64,000 bases of DNA from an uncultured Haloferula sp. (GCA_965652295.1 CBFGTS010000009.1:96001-160000), one strand, 5' to 3'. Counted from the first letter of the stretch, positions 37,071 through 46,719 are shown. Made by a program: numbers and translations. Notes: generated by a model not told the origin, from the sequence alone.

Positions 37071-37508
37071 TCACTCTCCGATGTCCTCGTTCCACAGGGT
37101 CGGCTTCGCCTCGATGAAGCGGGTCATCATTTCCACGCACCCGGCGTCATCCACCACCTCGACGTCCACGCCCCGCGAACGGAGCCACTCTTCCTCACCC
37201 ATGAAGGTCCGGTTCTCGCCCACGATCACCCGGGGAATCCCGTAGAGCAGGATCGCCCCGCTGCACATGCTGCACGGCGACAGGGTGGTGTAGATTTCGC
37301 ACTCCTGATAGACGGAAGCCGGGAGCCTGCCGGCGTTCTCCAAAGCATCCATTTCTCCGTGTAAAACGACGCTTCCACCCTGGACGCGGCGGTTGTGCCC
37401 GCGGCCGATGATTTTCCCTCGGTGGACCAGCACGCTGCCGATCGGGATGCCGCCTTCTTCGAGGCCCAGACGGGCTTCCCGGATCGCCTCTTCAAGAAAT
37501 CGATGCAT
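37071..37508 (-). CDS. Cytosine/nucleoside deaminase (yeast FCY1-like)
   Basis: EGGIPIGS, GHNRR, HGE, TTLSPCSMC, WNEDIGE. Confidence 0.9.
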   Translation of the reverse strand: MHRFLEEAIREARLGLEEGGIPIGSVLVHRGKIIGRGHNRRVQGGSVVLHGEMDALENAGRLPASVYQECEIYTTLSPCSMCSGAILLYGIPRVIVGENRTFMGEEEWLRSRGVDVEVVDDAGCVEMMTRFIEAKPTLWNEDIGE

Positions 37509-37587
37509 TTCACCGGGAGTGTCGCTATAATGAAGCAACGCGCCAGCCGATTCCCCTGCTGGCCCAGTGAATCCAAGAACGAAACCC

Positions 37588-38664
37588 ATGGCAAAAGTCC
37601 GCCTCTCAGGCACGGTCACCGGTGCCGACGATCCTCATCGCTCGATACGCGCCAAACTTCTCTACCTGCTCTACGACGCCGGCTGGGACATCTACAACTC
37701 CAACGGCGATCAACGCATCACCCTCGCCAACATCGAGCGCAAGATTGCGGAAGCCGACGGGTTTGTTTTCACCCCGGGCGCCAGCCTTGAGGACATGTTC
37801 AAAGCGGTCTCCGTCTTCGTCGGCTATCAGACGATCGACAAGCACCTCGCCGGAAAGCCCACCGTCATCCTCAACAGCGACCGCTCCTGGGACCCCTTCT
37901 ACGGCGTGCTCTCCCATCTTCACAAGCTCGGCACCATCAAGCAGGAGTTCCGCGAGTTCCTGCTTTCCGCCGACACTCCGGAAAGCGTGCTTTCGACCCT
38001 CGCCGGTGCCTGGCAGACGGGCGTGCCCGACGCCGGTCGCGAGAAAATCGGCGAGGCGGTGATGCCCGACGTCATCGATGCGCCGCCACCGTCCCACCTC
38101 CTTGGAAACGTTTGCGTCTTCTGCTCCGCCACCCTTGAGGAAGCTTCGTATTTGAATGATGGCGAACGCCTCGGGCGAACCATCGCGGAAAGCGGCTTCG
38201 GCTGCGTTTCCGGGGCCGGCAAGTCCGGCATCATGGGCGCGGTGGTCAAGGGGGCGGTCGAGGCGGGCGGCTGGACCGGCGGCTCGAATGTTCCGCACAT
38301 CATCGAGCTGGAAGGCTTGCCGGAAGGGCTTGCCTCGTTCTGGCTCCGACCGGACATCTACACCCGGATGGAGGTCATGATCCAGCACTCCGACGCCTTC
38401 GTCATCATGCCCGGCGGCGCGGGAACCTTCCAGGAGCTGCTCGCCCTGATGATTTTCCGCCAGCAGGGAAACGAGCTGATGAAAGACAAACCCGTCGTCA
38501 TCTACAACCGCCAGAACCACGGCGGCATCGGCTTCTGGGATCCGCTCATCGACCTCCTCGACGGCGTGTGCAAGCCCGGCGAATTCGTCGTCGCGAACCA
38601 ATTCGACGACATCCTTCCCGCCATCCAAACACGTCTTCCGCAGGCCGTTTCTAAAGCTTCCTGA
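37588..38664 (+). CDS. LOG-family (SLOG) nucleotide phosphoribohydrolase, two-domain
   Basis: C-domain VCVFC, GIMG, PGGAGTFQEL, KPVVIYN..FWDP. The N-domain is a degenerate copy (FTPGA, KPTVILN..WDP). Confidence 0.85.
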   Translation: MAKVRLSGTVTGADDPHRSIRAKLLYLLYDAGWDIYNSNGDQRITLANIERKIAEADGFVFTPGASLEDMFKAVSVFVGYQTIDKHLAGKPTVILNSDRSWDPFYGVLSHLHKLGTIKQEFREFLLSADTPESVLSTLAGAWQTGVPDAGREKIGEAVMPDVIDAPPPSHLLGNVCVFCSATLEEASYLNDGERLGRTIAESGFGCVSGAGKSGIMGAVVKGAVEAGGWTGGSNVPHIIELEGLPEGLASFWLRPDIYTRMEVMIQHSDAFVIMPGGAGTFQELLALMIFRQQGNELMKDKPVVIYNRQNHGGIGFWDPLIDLLDGVCKPGEFVVANQFDDILPAIQTRLPQAVSKAS

Positions 38665-38698
38665 TCGCGACCGCCGTGGGCTCCCGGCGCGGCGGCGC

Positions 38699-39865
38699 TC
38701 ACCCGGCGATTTTGGCCGCCGTCAACAAGGCACCGCCCATAAAGACCGCCGCCGCCAGCAGCCCGCCGATCCGGTCGGGCAAGGTCGTCTGCGGCCGGCT
38801 GGCCGAGGCCGACGAGGGAAACACGCCGAACGCGTAGGCCATGCCCAGCACCAATCCACCCCCGTGGGCGGCGTTGTCGATGAAACGGAAGCCGATGATT
38901 CCGATCACGGCCGTCAGGACCAAACCCGCGATGAGCCGTCGCCGCGAACTCTCCGGCACCAGCCGGCGGTGCAACCACTCGAACACCAACAGGAAGCCGA
39001 GCATCCCCATCAACCCGCCCGAGGCGCCGAGCGAGGGCGCACCGACCCACCGAGCCGAGCATTCACCCCCGACCCAGGCCGAGAGGACGAAAACCAGAAG
39101 CACGTGCGGCCAGCGCGCCAGCACCTCCATTCGCCGTCCGAGGTAAAGCAACGCCGACCCATTGAAAAGAAGGTGCAGCGGGTGGCCGTGCAGGAAGGGA
39201 GCCGTCGCCAGCCGCCACCAGTCTTCGGGGCGACCGTTCATTTTGGTAAGCCCCGCCACCTGGACCTGCTGCGCGAGGTTGAGCGGCCCCAGCCACTGGA
39301 GCAGGGCGATGCCACCGATCACGCCCATCATCGCCTTCGTTACGGGTGCTTTCTGGGCCAGCAGCCAGGTTTCGAAACGAAGGCCCTCGAGATCCGGCAA
39401 GCCTTCTTCCGCCCGCCACGCGATCGCCCGCCGGAGCCGTTTTTTGCCCCGATACCACGGAAAAAAACCGAGCATCAGGAACAGGATCAGCGCGAGACCC
39501 AGCGTGCTTATCGCCGATGCCGCCCCCCCCGTGAGGAAGGCGAAAAGTGCGAAACCGGCCATGAAGAGGCCGAAGATCCTCATCTGGCTCACCCCTTCCC
39601 GAATCTCCCACTGCGCCCACCGGACCCGCGCTTCCTTGAGTGCGGGCAGCAGCGGGGGGATCTCCTCGGGCAACACCAGATGCCCATGATCCGGCGTCCA
39701 GACCATATCGACGCTCGCGCCGGCGTCATCGACGATCGCCGCGGCGAGTTCATCGGCTCCAGCGCAGGCGTGGTGCCGGCCTTTGCGATCGACCCAGCCC
39801 CAGCCGGGTTCCGCGGGCGGAAAAGCGTCCGGGCGTTTCCAGGCAGGGAGATCGAGATCGGACAT
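38699..39865 (-). CDS. Rhomboid-family intramembrane serine protease
   Basis: WWRLATAPFLH, HLLFN, GASGG, NAAHGGG. Confidence 0.92.
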   Translation of the reverse strand: MSDLDLPAWKRPDAFPPAEPGWGWVDRKGRHHACAGADELAAAIVDDAGASVDMVWTPDHGHLVLPEEIPPLLPALKEARVRWAQWEIREGVSQMRIFGLFMAGFALFAFLTGGAASAISTLGLALILFLMLGFFPWYRGKKRLRRAIAWRAEEGLPDLEGLRFETWLLAQKAPVTKAMMGVIGGIALLQWLGPLNLAQQVQVAGLTKMNGRPEDWWRLATAPFLHGHPLHLLFNGSALLYLGRRMEVLARWPHVLLVFVLSAWVGGECSARWVGAPSLGASGGLMGMLGFLLVFEWLHRRLVPESSRRRLIAGLVLTAVIGIIGFRFIDNAAHGGGLVLGMAYAFGVFPSSASASRPQTTLPDRIGGLLAAAVFMGGALLTAAKIAG

Positions 39866-39925
39866 GACGCCAGTGAAAGCGCCGTAAGCGGCGATGTCCG
39901 CGTAAACTTGTCGGCGGCGGTGAAA

Positions 39926-40480
39926 TTACGGCTGCTCAGGCTCGGCCGCGTCGCCCTCTTCGGCAGGAGCCGGCTCTTCCGCGGGAGCTTCTTCCACCGG
40001 TGCCGAGGTTTCGGTCGCCTCCTCAGCAGCGGGAGTTTCTTCGGCTGCGGGAGTTTCCTCAACCGCCGGAGTTTCCTCGGCTGCGGGTGCTTCCTCAGCG
40101 GCCGGCGTTTCCACCGGGATCGATTCCTCGAGAGGCGGCACGGTTTCCTCCGCCGCGGGCGTGTCCACCTGCTCTTCGGCAGGGGGTGCCGGCTCGGCCA
40201 CCAGCGAGATCTCGCGGGCCGTGCGGCGCGAGTAGAGGATCGCCAGCGTCAGGGTGAGGACGAAGAACAGCGTGGCAAGATAGACGGTCGCCTTCTGCAG
40301 CACGTTGGTCGTGCGCGCGCCGAACATCTGGTCGGTCATGCCGGAGCCGAAGGCCGCGCCAAGTCCTTCCTGCTTCGGCCGTTGCATCAAAACAACCAGG
40401 GCCAGCAGAAGGCAGACGATCACGAAAACAACCAACAGGAGGTTGATGCTGATGGAGAGCCAGTCGGCAGCGAGGATCAT
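39926..40480 (-). CDS. secG: Preprotein translocase subunit SecG with a long acidic tail
   Basis: VLMQRPKQEGLGAAFGSG...FG...L.K.T..LA.LF. Confidence 0.92.
   Translation of the reverse strand: MILAADWLSISINLLLVVFVIVCLLLALVVLMQRPKQEGLGAAFGSGMTDQMFGARTTNVLQKATVYLATLFFVLTLTLAILYSRRTAREISLVAEPAPPAEEQVDTPAAEETVPPLEESIPVETPAAEEAPAAEETPAVEETPAAEETPAAEEATETSAPVEEAPAEEPAPAEEGDAAEPEQP
40020..40111. repeat. 18-bp imperfect coding tandem repeat (E-E-T/A-P-A-A) in secG
   Basis: gcgggagtttcttcggct/gcgggagtttcctcaacc/gccggagtttcctcggct/gcgggtgcttcctcagcg. Confidence 0.8.
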
Positions 40481-40550
40481 GGGGGCGGGAACCTGTCAGA
40501 GCCCGTGGGCGATGTAAAGAGGGGTTTTGCCCGGGAAAAACAGCCGGTTT

Positions 40551-41864
40551 TCACCCCGCTCGGGAGGCTTCCGTAGGCGGATGGACGATGATCCGCGCTC
40601 CCGGCTGATTGCGCATGTAGGCGAACGACCAACCCAGCAGCACCACCAGTTTGTTGCGGAAACCGATGAGAAAAAGGATGTGCACCAACAGCCATGCCAT
40701 CCACGCGGGGAAGCCCTTCAGGCGGAGCTTGCCGGACTTCACCACCGCGGCGTTCTTGCCGATGATGGCCATCAGGCCCTTGTCGCGATAACGGAACTTC
40801 GGACGCAGGTCGTAGCGGGCTTCGTCGAACTTGTCGTCGCGGGACTTCAAGTCATCGCGCAGCACCTTGGCCACATGCTCGCCCATCTGGACGGCGGCGG
40901 GGGCCACGCCGGGGACCGGCTTCCCCTCGGTGTCGGTCATCCGCACGAGGTCACCGATCACGAACACGTCCGGATTTCCCGGCAGGGAGAGATCCGGTTC
41001 GGGGGTCACCCGGCCGGCGCGATCGGCCAACTCCACGCCGAGCTGCCGGGTCAGCGGATGAGCCTCGACTCCCGCCGCCCAGATGACCGCCCCTGCTTCC
41101 AAGCTGCCGCCATCGCTGAAACCCAGCCGACCCGCCGCCACCTCCGCCACGCGGGTACCGGTCAACACCTCCACACCCAGCGATTCCAGACGCTGCCGAG
41201 CGTACTCGCTCTGATCCGGGTCGTAGGCCTCAAGAATACGCTCGGAGTTTTCGATCAACAGAACCCGCAGCTTCGAGGTGTCGATGTGGCGGAATTCGTC
41301 CTTCATCGAGCGATGGATCAAGTCGGCGAAGGCGCCGGCCAGCTCGACCCCCGTCGGCCCGCCACCGACGATCGCCACCGTCATCAGGATCCGCCTCTCC
41401 GCCACGTCGTCGGTCCGTTCCGCGCGCTCCAGATTCGACAGCACCCGACGCCTTACGCCCTGCGCGTCCTCCAGCGTTTTCAGGCCGAGCATGTGCTTCT
41501 CCCAATCCGCGTTGCCGAAAAACGAGGTCCGCGCCCCCACCGCCAGCACCAGCGTGTCCCAGCCATACTCCTTTCCCGAACGTCCGATCGCCCGTCGCCC
41601 GGGCATGTCGAGCGTGTCGATCTCGTCCATCAGCACCTGGACATTGCGCGCTTTCTCCAGCACCTGGCGGATCGACCGCGCAATGTCCGGTGCCGCCAGC
41701 GAGGCGGTGGCCACCTGATAGAGCAGCGGCTGGAAAAGGTGGTGGTTGGCACGATCGACCAGCGTCACCTGAAAGCGCTCGTCATTTGCCAGCTCGCGCG
41801 CGCACGTCAGGCCACCGAAGCCGCCGCCGATCACCAACACCTTGCGGGGAGTCATCTCTGCCAT
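40551..41864 (-). CDS. ndh: Type II NADH dehydrogenase
   Basis: GGGFGG, FQPLLYQVAT, GGGPTGVELAG, WAAGV, VFVIGD, YRDKG.MA.IG. Confidence 0.92.
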   Translation of the reverse strand: MAEMTPRKVLVIGGGFGGLTCARELANDERFQVTLVDRANHHLFQPLLYQVATASLAAPDIARSIRQVLEKARNVQVLMDEIDTLDMPGRRAIGRSGKEYGWDTLVLAVGARTSFFGNADWEKHMLGLKTLEDAQGVRRRVLSNLERAERTDDVAERRILMTVAIVGGGPTGVELAGAFADLIHRSMKDEFRHIDTSKLRVLLIENSERILEAYDPDQSEYARQRLESLGVEVLTGTRVAEVAAGRLGFSDGGSLEAGAVIWAAGVEAHPLTRQLGVELADRAGRVTPEPDLSLPGNPDVFVIGDLVRMTDTEGKPVPGVAPAAVQMGEHVAKVLRDDLKSRDDKFDEARYDLRPKFRYRDKGLMAIIGKNAAVVKSGKLRLKGFPAWMAWLLVHILFLIGFRNKLVVLLGWSFAYMRNQPGARIIVHPPTEASRAG

Positions 41865-41970
41865 GAGCCCAACATCCCGACGGATCCCGTTCCCGCAAGC
41901 GCCGTCTGGCCTCGCCCGGCCCATGATCCGCCTTGTCCGCCGAATACGGAACCGCTCATAGTTCGCCCAC

Positions 41971-42897
41971 ATGCCAGCTCCCGCCCTCCGCCGCCTGCTC
42001 GACGAGATCGGCACTGTCGACGCCACCGGCGTCGAGGAACGCGTCGCGAAATACGCCACCCGCTCGATCAAGAAGCAGTCGAAGGTCTTCGGCCTCAAAC
42101 TCGCCGTGAGCATGGTCGATCTCACCACCCTTGAAGGCAAGGACACGCCCGGCAAGGTCGCCTCGCTCTGCCAGAAAGCGCTCCGTCCGCACCCCCAGGG
42201 AGATGTCCCGCGGGTCGCCGCCGTCTGCGTTTACCCCTCGATGGTCAAACACGCCGCCAGGCACGTCAAAGACTCCGGCGTCCGCATTGCCAGCGTCGCC
42301 ACCGCCTTCCCCTCCGGCCAGGCACCTTTGAAAACCCGGCTCGCGGAAGTCCGGCAGGCCGTCGCCGACGGAGCCGATGAGATCGATATGGTCATCAACC
42401 GGGGCGCGTTCCTCAGCGGCGGCTTCGCCGAAATGCAGGACGAGATCGCCGCCGTCTCCGAAGCCCGCGGCGACGCCACCCTCAAGGTCATCCTCGAAAC
42501 CTCCGAGCTGGAAACCTACGACAACATCCGCGCCGCCAGCTTCCTCGCCATGCGCGTCCTGCGCCCCGGCGACTTCATCAAGACCAGCACCGGCAAGACC
42601 TCCGCCAACGCCACCCTCGGCAACAACCAGGTGATGCTCGATGCCATCCGCGACCATTACCTCGAGACCGGCATCGAAATCGCGATGAAGCCCGCCGGCG
42701 GCATCAAGACCGCCAAACAGGCCCTCCAGTTCCTCATCTCCGTCAAGGAAACCCTCGGCGACGCCTGGCTCAACAACACCCGCTACCGATTCGGCGCCTC
42801 CTCCCTCCTCAACGACCTCCTCCGCCAACTCGAAACCCAGCGCACCGGCGCCTACCAGGCCCCCTGGACCTTCACCGAAGACGCCGGCGGATACTGA
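41971..42897 (+). CDS. deoC: Deoxyribose-phosphate aldolase
   Basis: DLTTLEG, AAVCVYP, EIDMVI, LKVILET, FIKTSTGK, KPAGGI, RFGASSLL. Confidence 0.96.
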   Translation: MPAPALRRLLDEIGTVDATGVEERVAKYATRSIKKQSKVFGLKLAVSMVDLTTLEGKDTPGKVASLCQKALRPHPQGDVPRVAAVCVYPSMVKHAARHVKDSGVRIASVATAFPSGQAPLKTRLAEVRQAVADGADEIDMVINRGAFLSGGFAEMQDEIAAVSEARGDATLKVILETSELETYDNIRAASFLAMRVLRPGDFIKTSTGKTSANATLGNNQVMLDAIRDHYLETGIEIAMKPAGGIKTAKQALQFLISVKETLGDAWLNNTRYRFGASSLLNDLLRQLETQRTGAYQAPWTFTEDAGGY

Positions 42898-42938
42898 CTC
42901 CACTTTCCACTTTTTACTTTCCACTCGGCACCAATCCC

Positions 42939-44432
42939 ATGCCCGCCAAGAAAAGCACCGCCCCGAAATCCCGCACCAAGGTCCGCGAGCTGATGTTCGG
43001 CGACCTCTGGGAATTCGATCCCGCGCCCGAGTCCGCACCCGCGTTCATCGATGATCGCTACCAGCTCTTCATCGGCGGCAAACACGTCACGCCGAAATCC
43101 AAAAGGCACTTCGATTCCATTTCCCCGCGCGATGGCAAAAAGCTCGCCGAGATCCCCCACGCCAACGCCGTCGACGTCGATGCCGCCTACGCCGCCGCGA
43201 AGAAAGCCTTCGGCCCATGGTCCAAACTCCCCGGTGCCGAGCGCGGCAAATACCTCTTCCGCATCGCCCGCCTGCTCCAGGACCGTTCGCGCGAGTTCGC
43301 CGTCGCCGAAACCCTCGATGGCGGAAAGCCCATCAAGGAATCGCGCGACTTCGACCTGCCGATGGCCGCCGCCCACTTCTTCTACCACGCCGGCTGGGCC
43401 GATAAACTCGACTATGTCGCCCCCGGCCGCACGCTCGCGCCGCTCGGTGTCGTCGGCCAGGTCATCCCGTGGAATTTCCCGCTCCTCATGCTCGCGTGGA
43501 AAATCGCCCCCGCGCTTGCTACGGGAAACACAGTGGTCATCAAACCCGCCGAAACCACCTCCATCACCGCGCTCAAGTTCGCGACATTGTTAGAGCAGGC
43601 CGGTCTGCCGCCCGGGGTCGTCAACATCGTGACCGGGGCGGGCGAAACCGGGGCCGCAGTCGTCAACCACCCCGACGCCGCCAAGATCGCTTTCACCGGC
43701 TCGACTGAGGTCGGAAAGATCATCCAGTGCGCTCTCGCCGGCAGCGGGAAAAAGCTCACCCTCGAACTCGGTGGCAAGGCCGCCAACATCGTCTTCGACG
43801 ACGCCCCGCTCGACCAGGCCGTCGAGGGCATCGTCAACGGCATCTTCTTCAACCAAGGCCACGTCTGCTGCGCCGGCTCCCGCCTGCTCGTCCAGGAAGG
43901 CATCGAGCGCGAACTCATCGCCCGCCTCAAACGCCGTCTCGCCACCCTCCGCGTCGGCGATCCCATGGACAAGAACACCGACATCGGTGCCATCCATTCC
44001 AAGGAGCAGCTCGACCGCATCCGCGGGCTCGTTCAAAGCGGCATCGACGAAGGCGCACAAATCCACCAACCCGCCTGCAAGCTCCCGGACAGCGGCTTCT
44101 ATTTCCCGCCGACTCTCTTCACCGGTGTCGCCCAGAGCCACCGCATCGCACAGGAGGAGATCTTCGGTCCCGTCCTTTCCATCCTCACCTTCCGCACGCC
44201 CGAGGAAGCCATCGAAAAGGCCAACAACACCTGCTACGGCCTCAGCGCCGGCGTCTGGACCGACAAAGGCAGCAAGATCCTCAAGATGGCCGCCGCCCTC
44301 AAAGCCGGCGTCGTCTGGGCCAACACCTACAACAAGTTCGACCCCTCCAGTCCCTTCGGCGGCTACAAGCAATCCGGCTTCGGCCGCGAAGGCGGCAAGC
44401 ACGGCCTTCTCGATTACTCTCAACTGAAATAG
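42939..44432 (+). CDS. Aldehyde dehydrogenase (catalytic)
   Basis: PWNFP, KPAE, FTGSTEVG, LELGGK, catalytic Cys in GHVCCAGSR, EEIFGP, FGGYKQSG. Confidence 0.95.
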   Translation: MPAKKSTAPKSRTKVRELMFGDLWEFDPAPESAPAFIDDRYQLFIGGKHVTPKSKRHFDSISPRDGKKLAEIPHANAVDVDAAYAAAKKAFGPWSKLPGAERGKYLFRIARLLQDRSREFAVAETLDGGKPIKESRDFDLPMAAAHFFYHAGWADKLDYVAPGRTLAPLGVVGQVIPWNFPLLMLAWKIAPALATGNTVVIKPAETTSITALKFATLLEQAGLPPGVVNIVTGAGETGAAVVNHPDAAKIAFTGSTEVGKIIQCALAGSGKKLTLELGGKAANIVFDDAPLDQAVEGIVNGIFFNQGHVCCAGSRLLVQEGIERELIARLKRRLATLRVGDPMDKNTDIGAIHSKEQLDRIRGLVQSGIDEGAQIHQPACKLPDSGFYFPPTLFTGVAQSHRIAQEEIFGPVLSILTFRTPEEAIEKANNTCYGLSAGVWTDKGSKILKMAAALKAGVVWANTYNKFDPSSPFGGYKQSGFGREGGKHGLLDYSQLK

Positions 44433-44457
44433 GTCCTATAGGACCCATACGACCTAT
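44429..44457. repeat. ATAGGACCT 9-mer repeat, copy 3
   Basis: ataggtcct-ataggaccc-atacgacct-at spans the ALDH stop codon and the next ATG. Confidence 0.7.
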
Positions 44458-45319
44458 GTCTTTGCAAATCACCAAAACCCCGAAATGCTACGTCGGTGGC
44501 GCCTTCATCCGCTCCGAATCCGGCCGCGTCTACGAGATCCATAGTATCTCCGGCGGGTTCCTCGCGAACATCCCGCTCTGCTCGCGCAAGGACCTCCGCA
44601 ACGCTGTCGAAGCCGCCGCCAAGAGCGGCCCCGGCTGGTCCAAACGCTCGCCCTACAACCGCGCCCAGATCCTCTACCGCCTCGCCGAGATGCTCGAATC
44701 CCGCGCTGACGAGATGGCGGAAGCCCTCGGGGAGCGCCGGCGTCCCGCGGGCCGTCCGTCGGCCGCAGCCGAAGTCCGCGCCACCATCGACCGCATCGTC
44801 CACTTCGCCGGCTGGGCCGACAAATACGAGCAGGTCCTCGGCAGCGTGAACCCCGTCGCGTCGTCGCACTTCAATTTCACCCTCACCGAGCCCATGGGCA
44901 TCGTCGGCATCCTCGCGCCCGAGGATACACCGCTGCTCGCACTGATGACCCTCGTCCTCCCGGCCATCGTCTCGGGCAACACGGTCGTCGCCCTCGCCTC
45001 GAAGTCGCAGCCCTACGCCAGCATCCTGCTCGGCGAAATGCTCGCCGTCTCCGATCTGCCCGGCGGCGTCATCAACCTTCTCACCGGCGACCGCTCCGAG
45101 CTGCTCCCCACCTTCGCCACCCACGAACACCTCCGTGCCCTCGCAGCGACCGCCACCCGGGACGAGGCGACCCTTCTCCAACAAGGCGCCGCCGAGTCCG
45201 TGAAACGCGTCGTCCTTCACGACCCGGAGACCGACTGGACCTCCGCCACCCACGATTCACCCTACTCCATCCGCGATTTCACCGAGGCGAAAACCGTCTG
45301 GCATCCCGTCGGCACGTGA
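44456..45319 (+). CDS. Short aldehyde-dehydrogenase-like protein lacking the catalytic domain
   Basis: K.YVGG.F.RSESGR, RKDLRNAVEAA, AGWADK, EPMG, PGGVINLLTG, EAKTVWHP; no LELGG or Cys motif. Confidence 0.88.
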   Translation: MSLQITKTPKCYVGGAFIRSESGRVYEIHSISGGFLANIPLCSRKDLRNAVEAAAKSGPGWSKRSPYNRAQILYRLAEMLESRADEMAEALGERRRPAGRPSAAAEVRATIDRIVHFAGWADKYEQVLGSVNPVASSHFNFTLTEPMGIVGILAPEDTPLLALMTLVLPAIVSGNTVVALASKSQPYASILLGEMLAVSDLPGGVINLLTGDRSELLPTFATHEHLRALAATATRDEATLLQQGAAESVKRVVLHDPETDWTSATHDSPYSIRDFTEAKTVWHPVGT

Positions 45320-45412
45320 GGACACAGGAGCGGGACGTGGAAAACATCGCGGAATCATGCGGCAGGAAACTTCCCGGTTTCCTCCCGCAAAATCCCGGTT
45401 ATCTCTATCGCG

Positions 45413-46492
45413 ATGGTCCGCTCCGCCCTATCTCTCTTCCTGATCCCCGCACTGGCGGTGGGGGATGATTTCTTTTCCACCCTCGATGCCGATGGCAACG
45501 GGCGGATCGGCCCCTCCGAGCTTCCGAAGGAAGCCGCTCCTTTCCTCGGACTGGTGGACACCGATGGCGATGGCTCGCTTTCCAAAAGCGAGTTCGAACG
45601 CGTCGCCGCCACCCTCCGCACGATGGTCCCGCAGGAAGCTGCGGAAGCCTCGGAGACTCGCAACGTCGACTACGTCGGAGCCGGCCACCCGCGACAGACC
45701 CTCGACCTCTATTTTCCCGAAAAGACGTCCGCGGCGGCGCTGCCGCTGGTTGTTTACATCCACGGCGGCGGCTGGATGTCCGGGACGAAACAGGAAGGCC
45801 GCCCGGTCGCCGACGCCCTGACCGCCACCGGCGAATACGCCGTGGCATCGATCAACTACCGCCTCATTCAGGACGCGCTGTGGCCAGCGCAGATCCACGA
45901 CTGCAAGGCCGCCATCCGCTTCCTGCGGGCGAATGCGGGGAGATACGGAATCGAGCCCGAGCGCATCGCCGTGATGGGCATCTCCGCCGGCGGTCACCTC
46001 GCGGCGCTGCTCGGCACCACCATCGGCGAGGAGCAGGTCGAAGGAACGCTCGGAGCCTTTCGCAATACCTCCAGCAAGGTGAGCGCGGTGATCGACATCT
46101 TCGGGCCTGCCAATTTCGAAACCTTCTTCGGAAAGGGCAGCGACATCGTCGAAATGAGCCGGACGAACGCCGCGATCCGTTTGCTTGGCCTGAGCGATGA
46201 AGTCATCCGGCGAAACGCGCGGCTGGCCTCGCCCGCGCATTGGATTTCGGAGAACGACCCTCCTTTCCTCATCGTCCATGGCACCCGCGATCAGGTGGTG
46301 CCCTTCGCCCAATCCGAAGAGCTGCACGGTGAACTCACAGCAGCCGGAGTCGAGAGCCACTTCATCACGGTGGAGGGCGGCGGCCACGGCTTCACCAGCA
46401 GCGACCTGAATCGCCGTATCAAGGTCTTTCTCGACCGCCACCTCCACGATGGAGCGGCCCAGGTATCGACCTCGCCGATCCGGCTGCGGTGA
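45413..46492 (+). CDS. Secreted EF-hand-containing alpha/beta hydrolase (esterase)
   Basis: DADGNGRIG..E and DTDGDGSLS..E EF-hands, HGGGW, GISAGG, HGTRD, GGH. Confidence 0.88.
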   Translation: MVRSALSLFLIPALAVGDDFFSTLDADGNGRIGPSELPKEAAPFLGLVDTDGDGSLSKSEFERVAATLRTMVPQEAAEASETRNVDYVGAGHPRQTLDLYFPEKTSAAALPLVVYIHGGGWMSGTKQEGRPVADALTATGEYAVASINYRLIQDALWPAQIHDCKAAIRFLRANAGRYGIEPERIAVMGISAGGHLAALLGTTIGEEQVEGTLGAFRNTSSKVSAVIDIFGPANFETFFGKGSDIVEMSRTNAAIRLLGLSDEVIRRNARLASPAHWISENDPPFLIVHGTRDQVVPFAQSEELHGELTAAGVESHFITVEGGGHGFTSSDLNRRIKVFLDRHLHDGAAQVSTSPIRLR

Positions 46493-46719
46493 CCTCTCCG
46501 GGCGGTGCCCGTCGTTGATTCAAGCCATTCACGTTGCAGCGCCCAACCCCTTCAGCGCGTCAACAAGAATGGTTTCCCGGTAATTTCTGGCTGGCCAGCC
46601 GACGTGGGGAGGCTTTCCTACTCGGTTACCCAAGATCGAGCTACTGACACATTTCGCGCAGCGATCCACTGCAAGAGCGTTTCGCGGTGTCCAGTAGTTC
46701 ACCCGTCCAACCCAAGATC

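Noticed and set aside
40020..40111. Possible CRISPR array
   Set aside because: It is a coding tandem repeat without unique spacers, and there are no cas genes.
44456..45319. ALDH pseudogene
   Set aside because: The ORF is intact, with normal codon usage and both termini retained, consistent with a purposeful short subunit.
46670..46686. LacI-type operator before GH92 (gcaagagcgtttcgc)
   Set aside because: The palindrome is too weak and there is no cognate regulator in the window.
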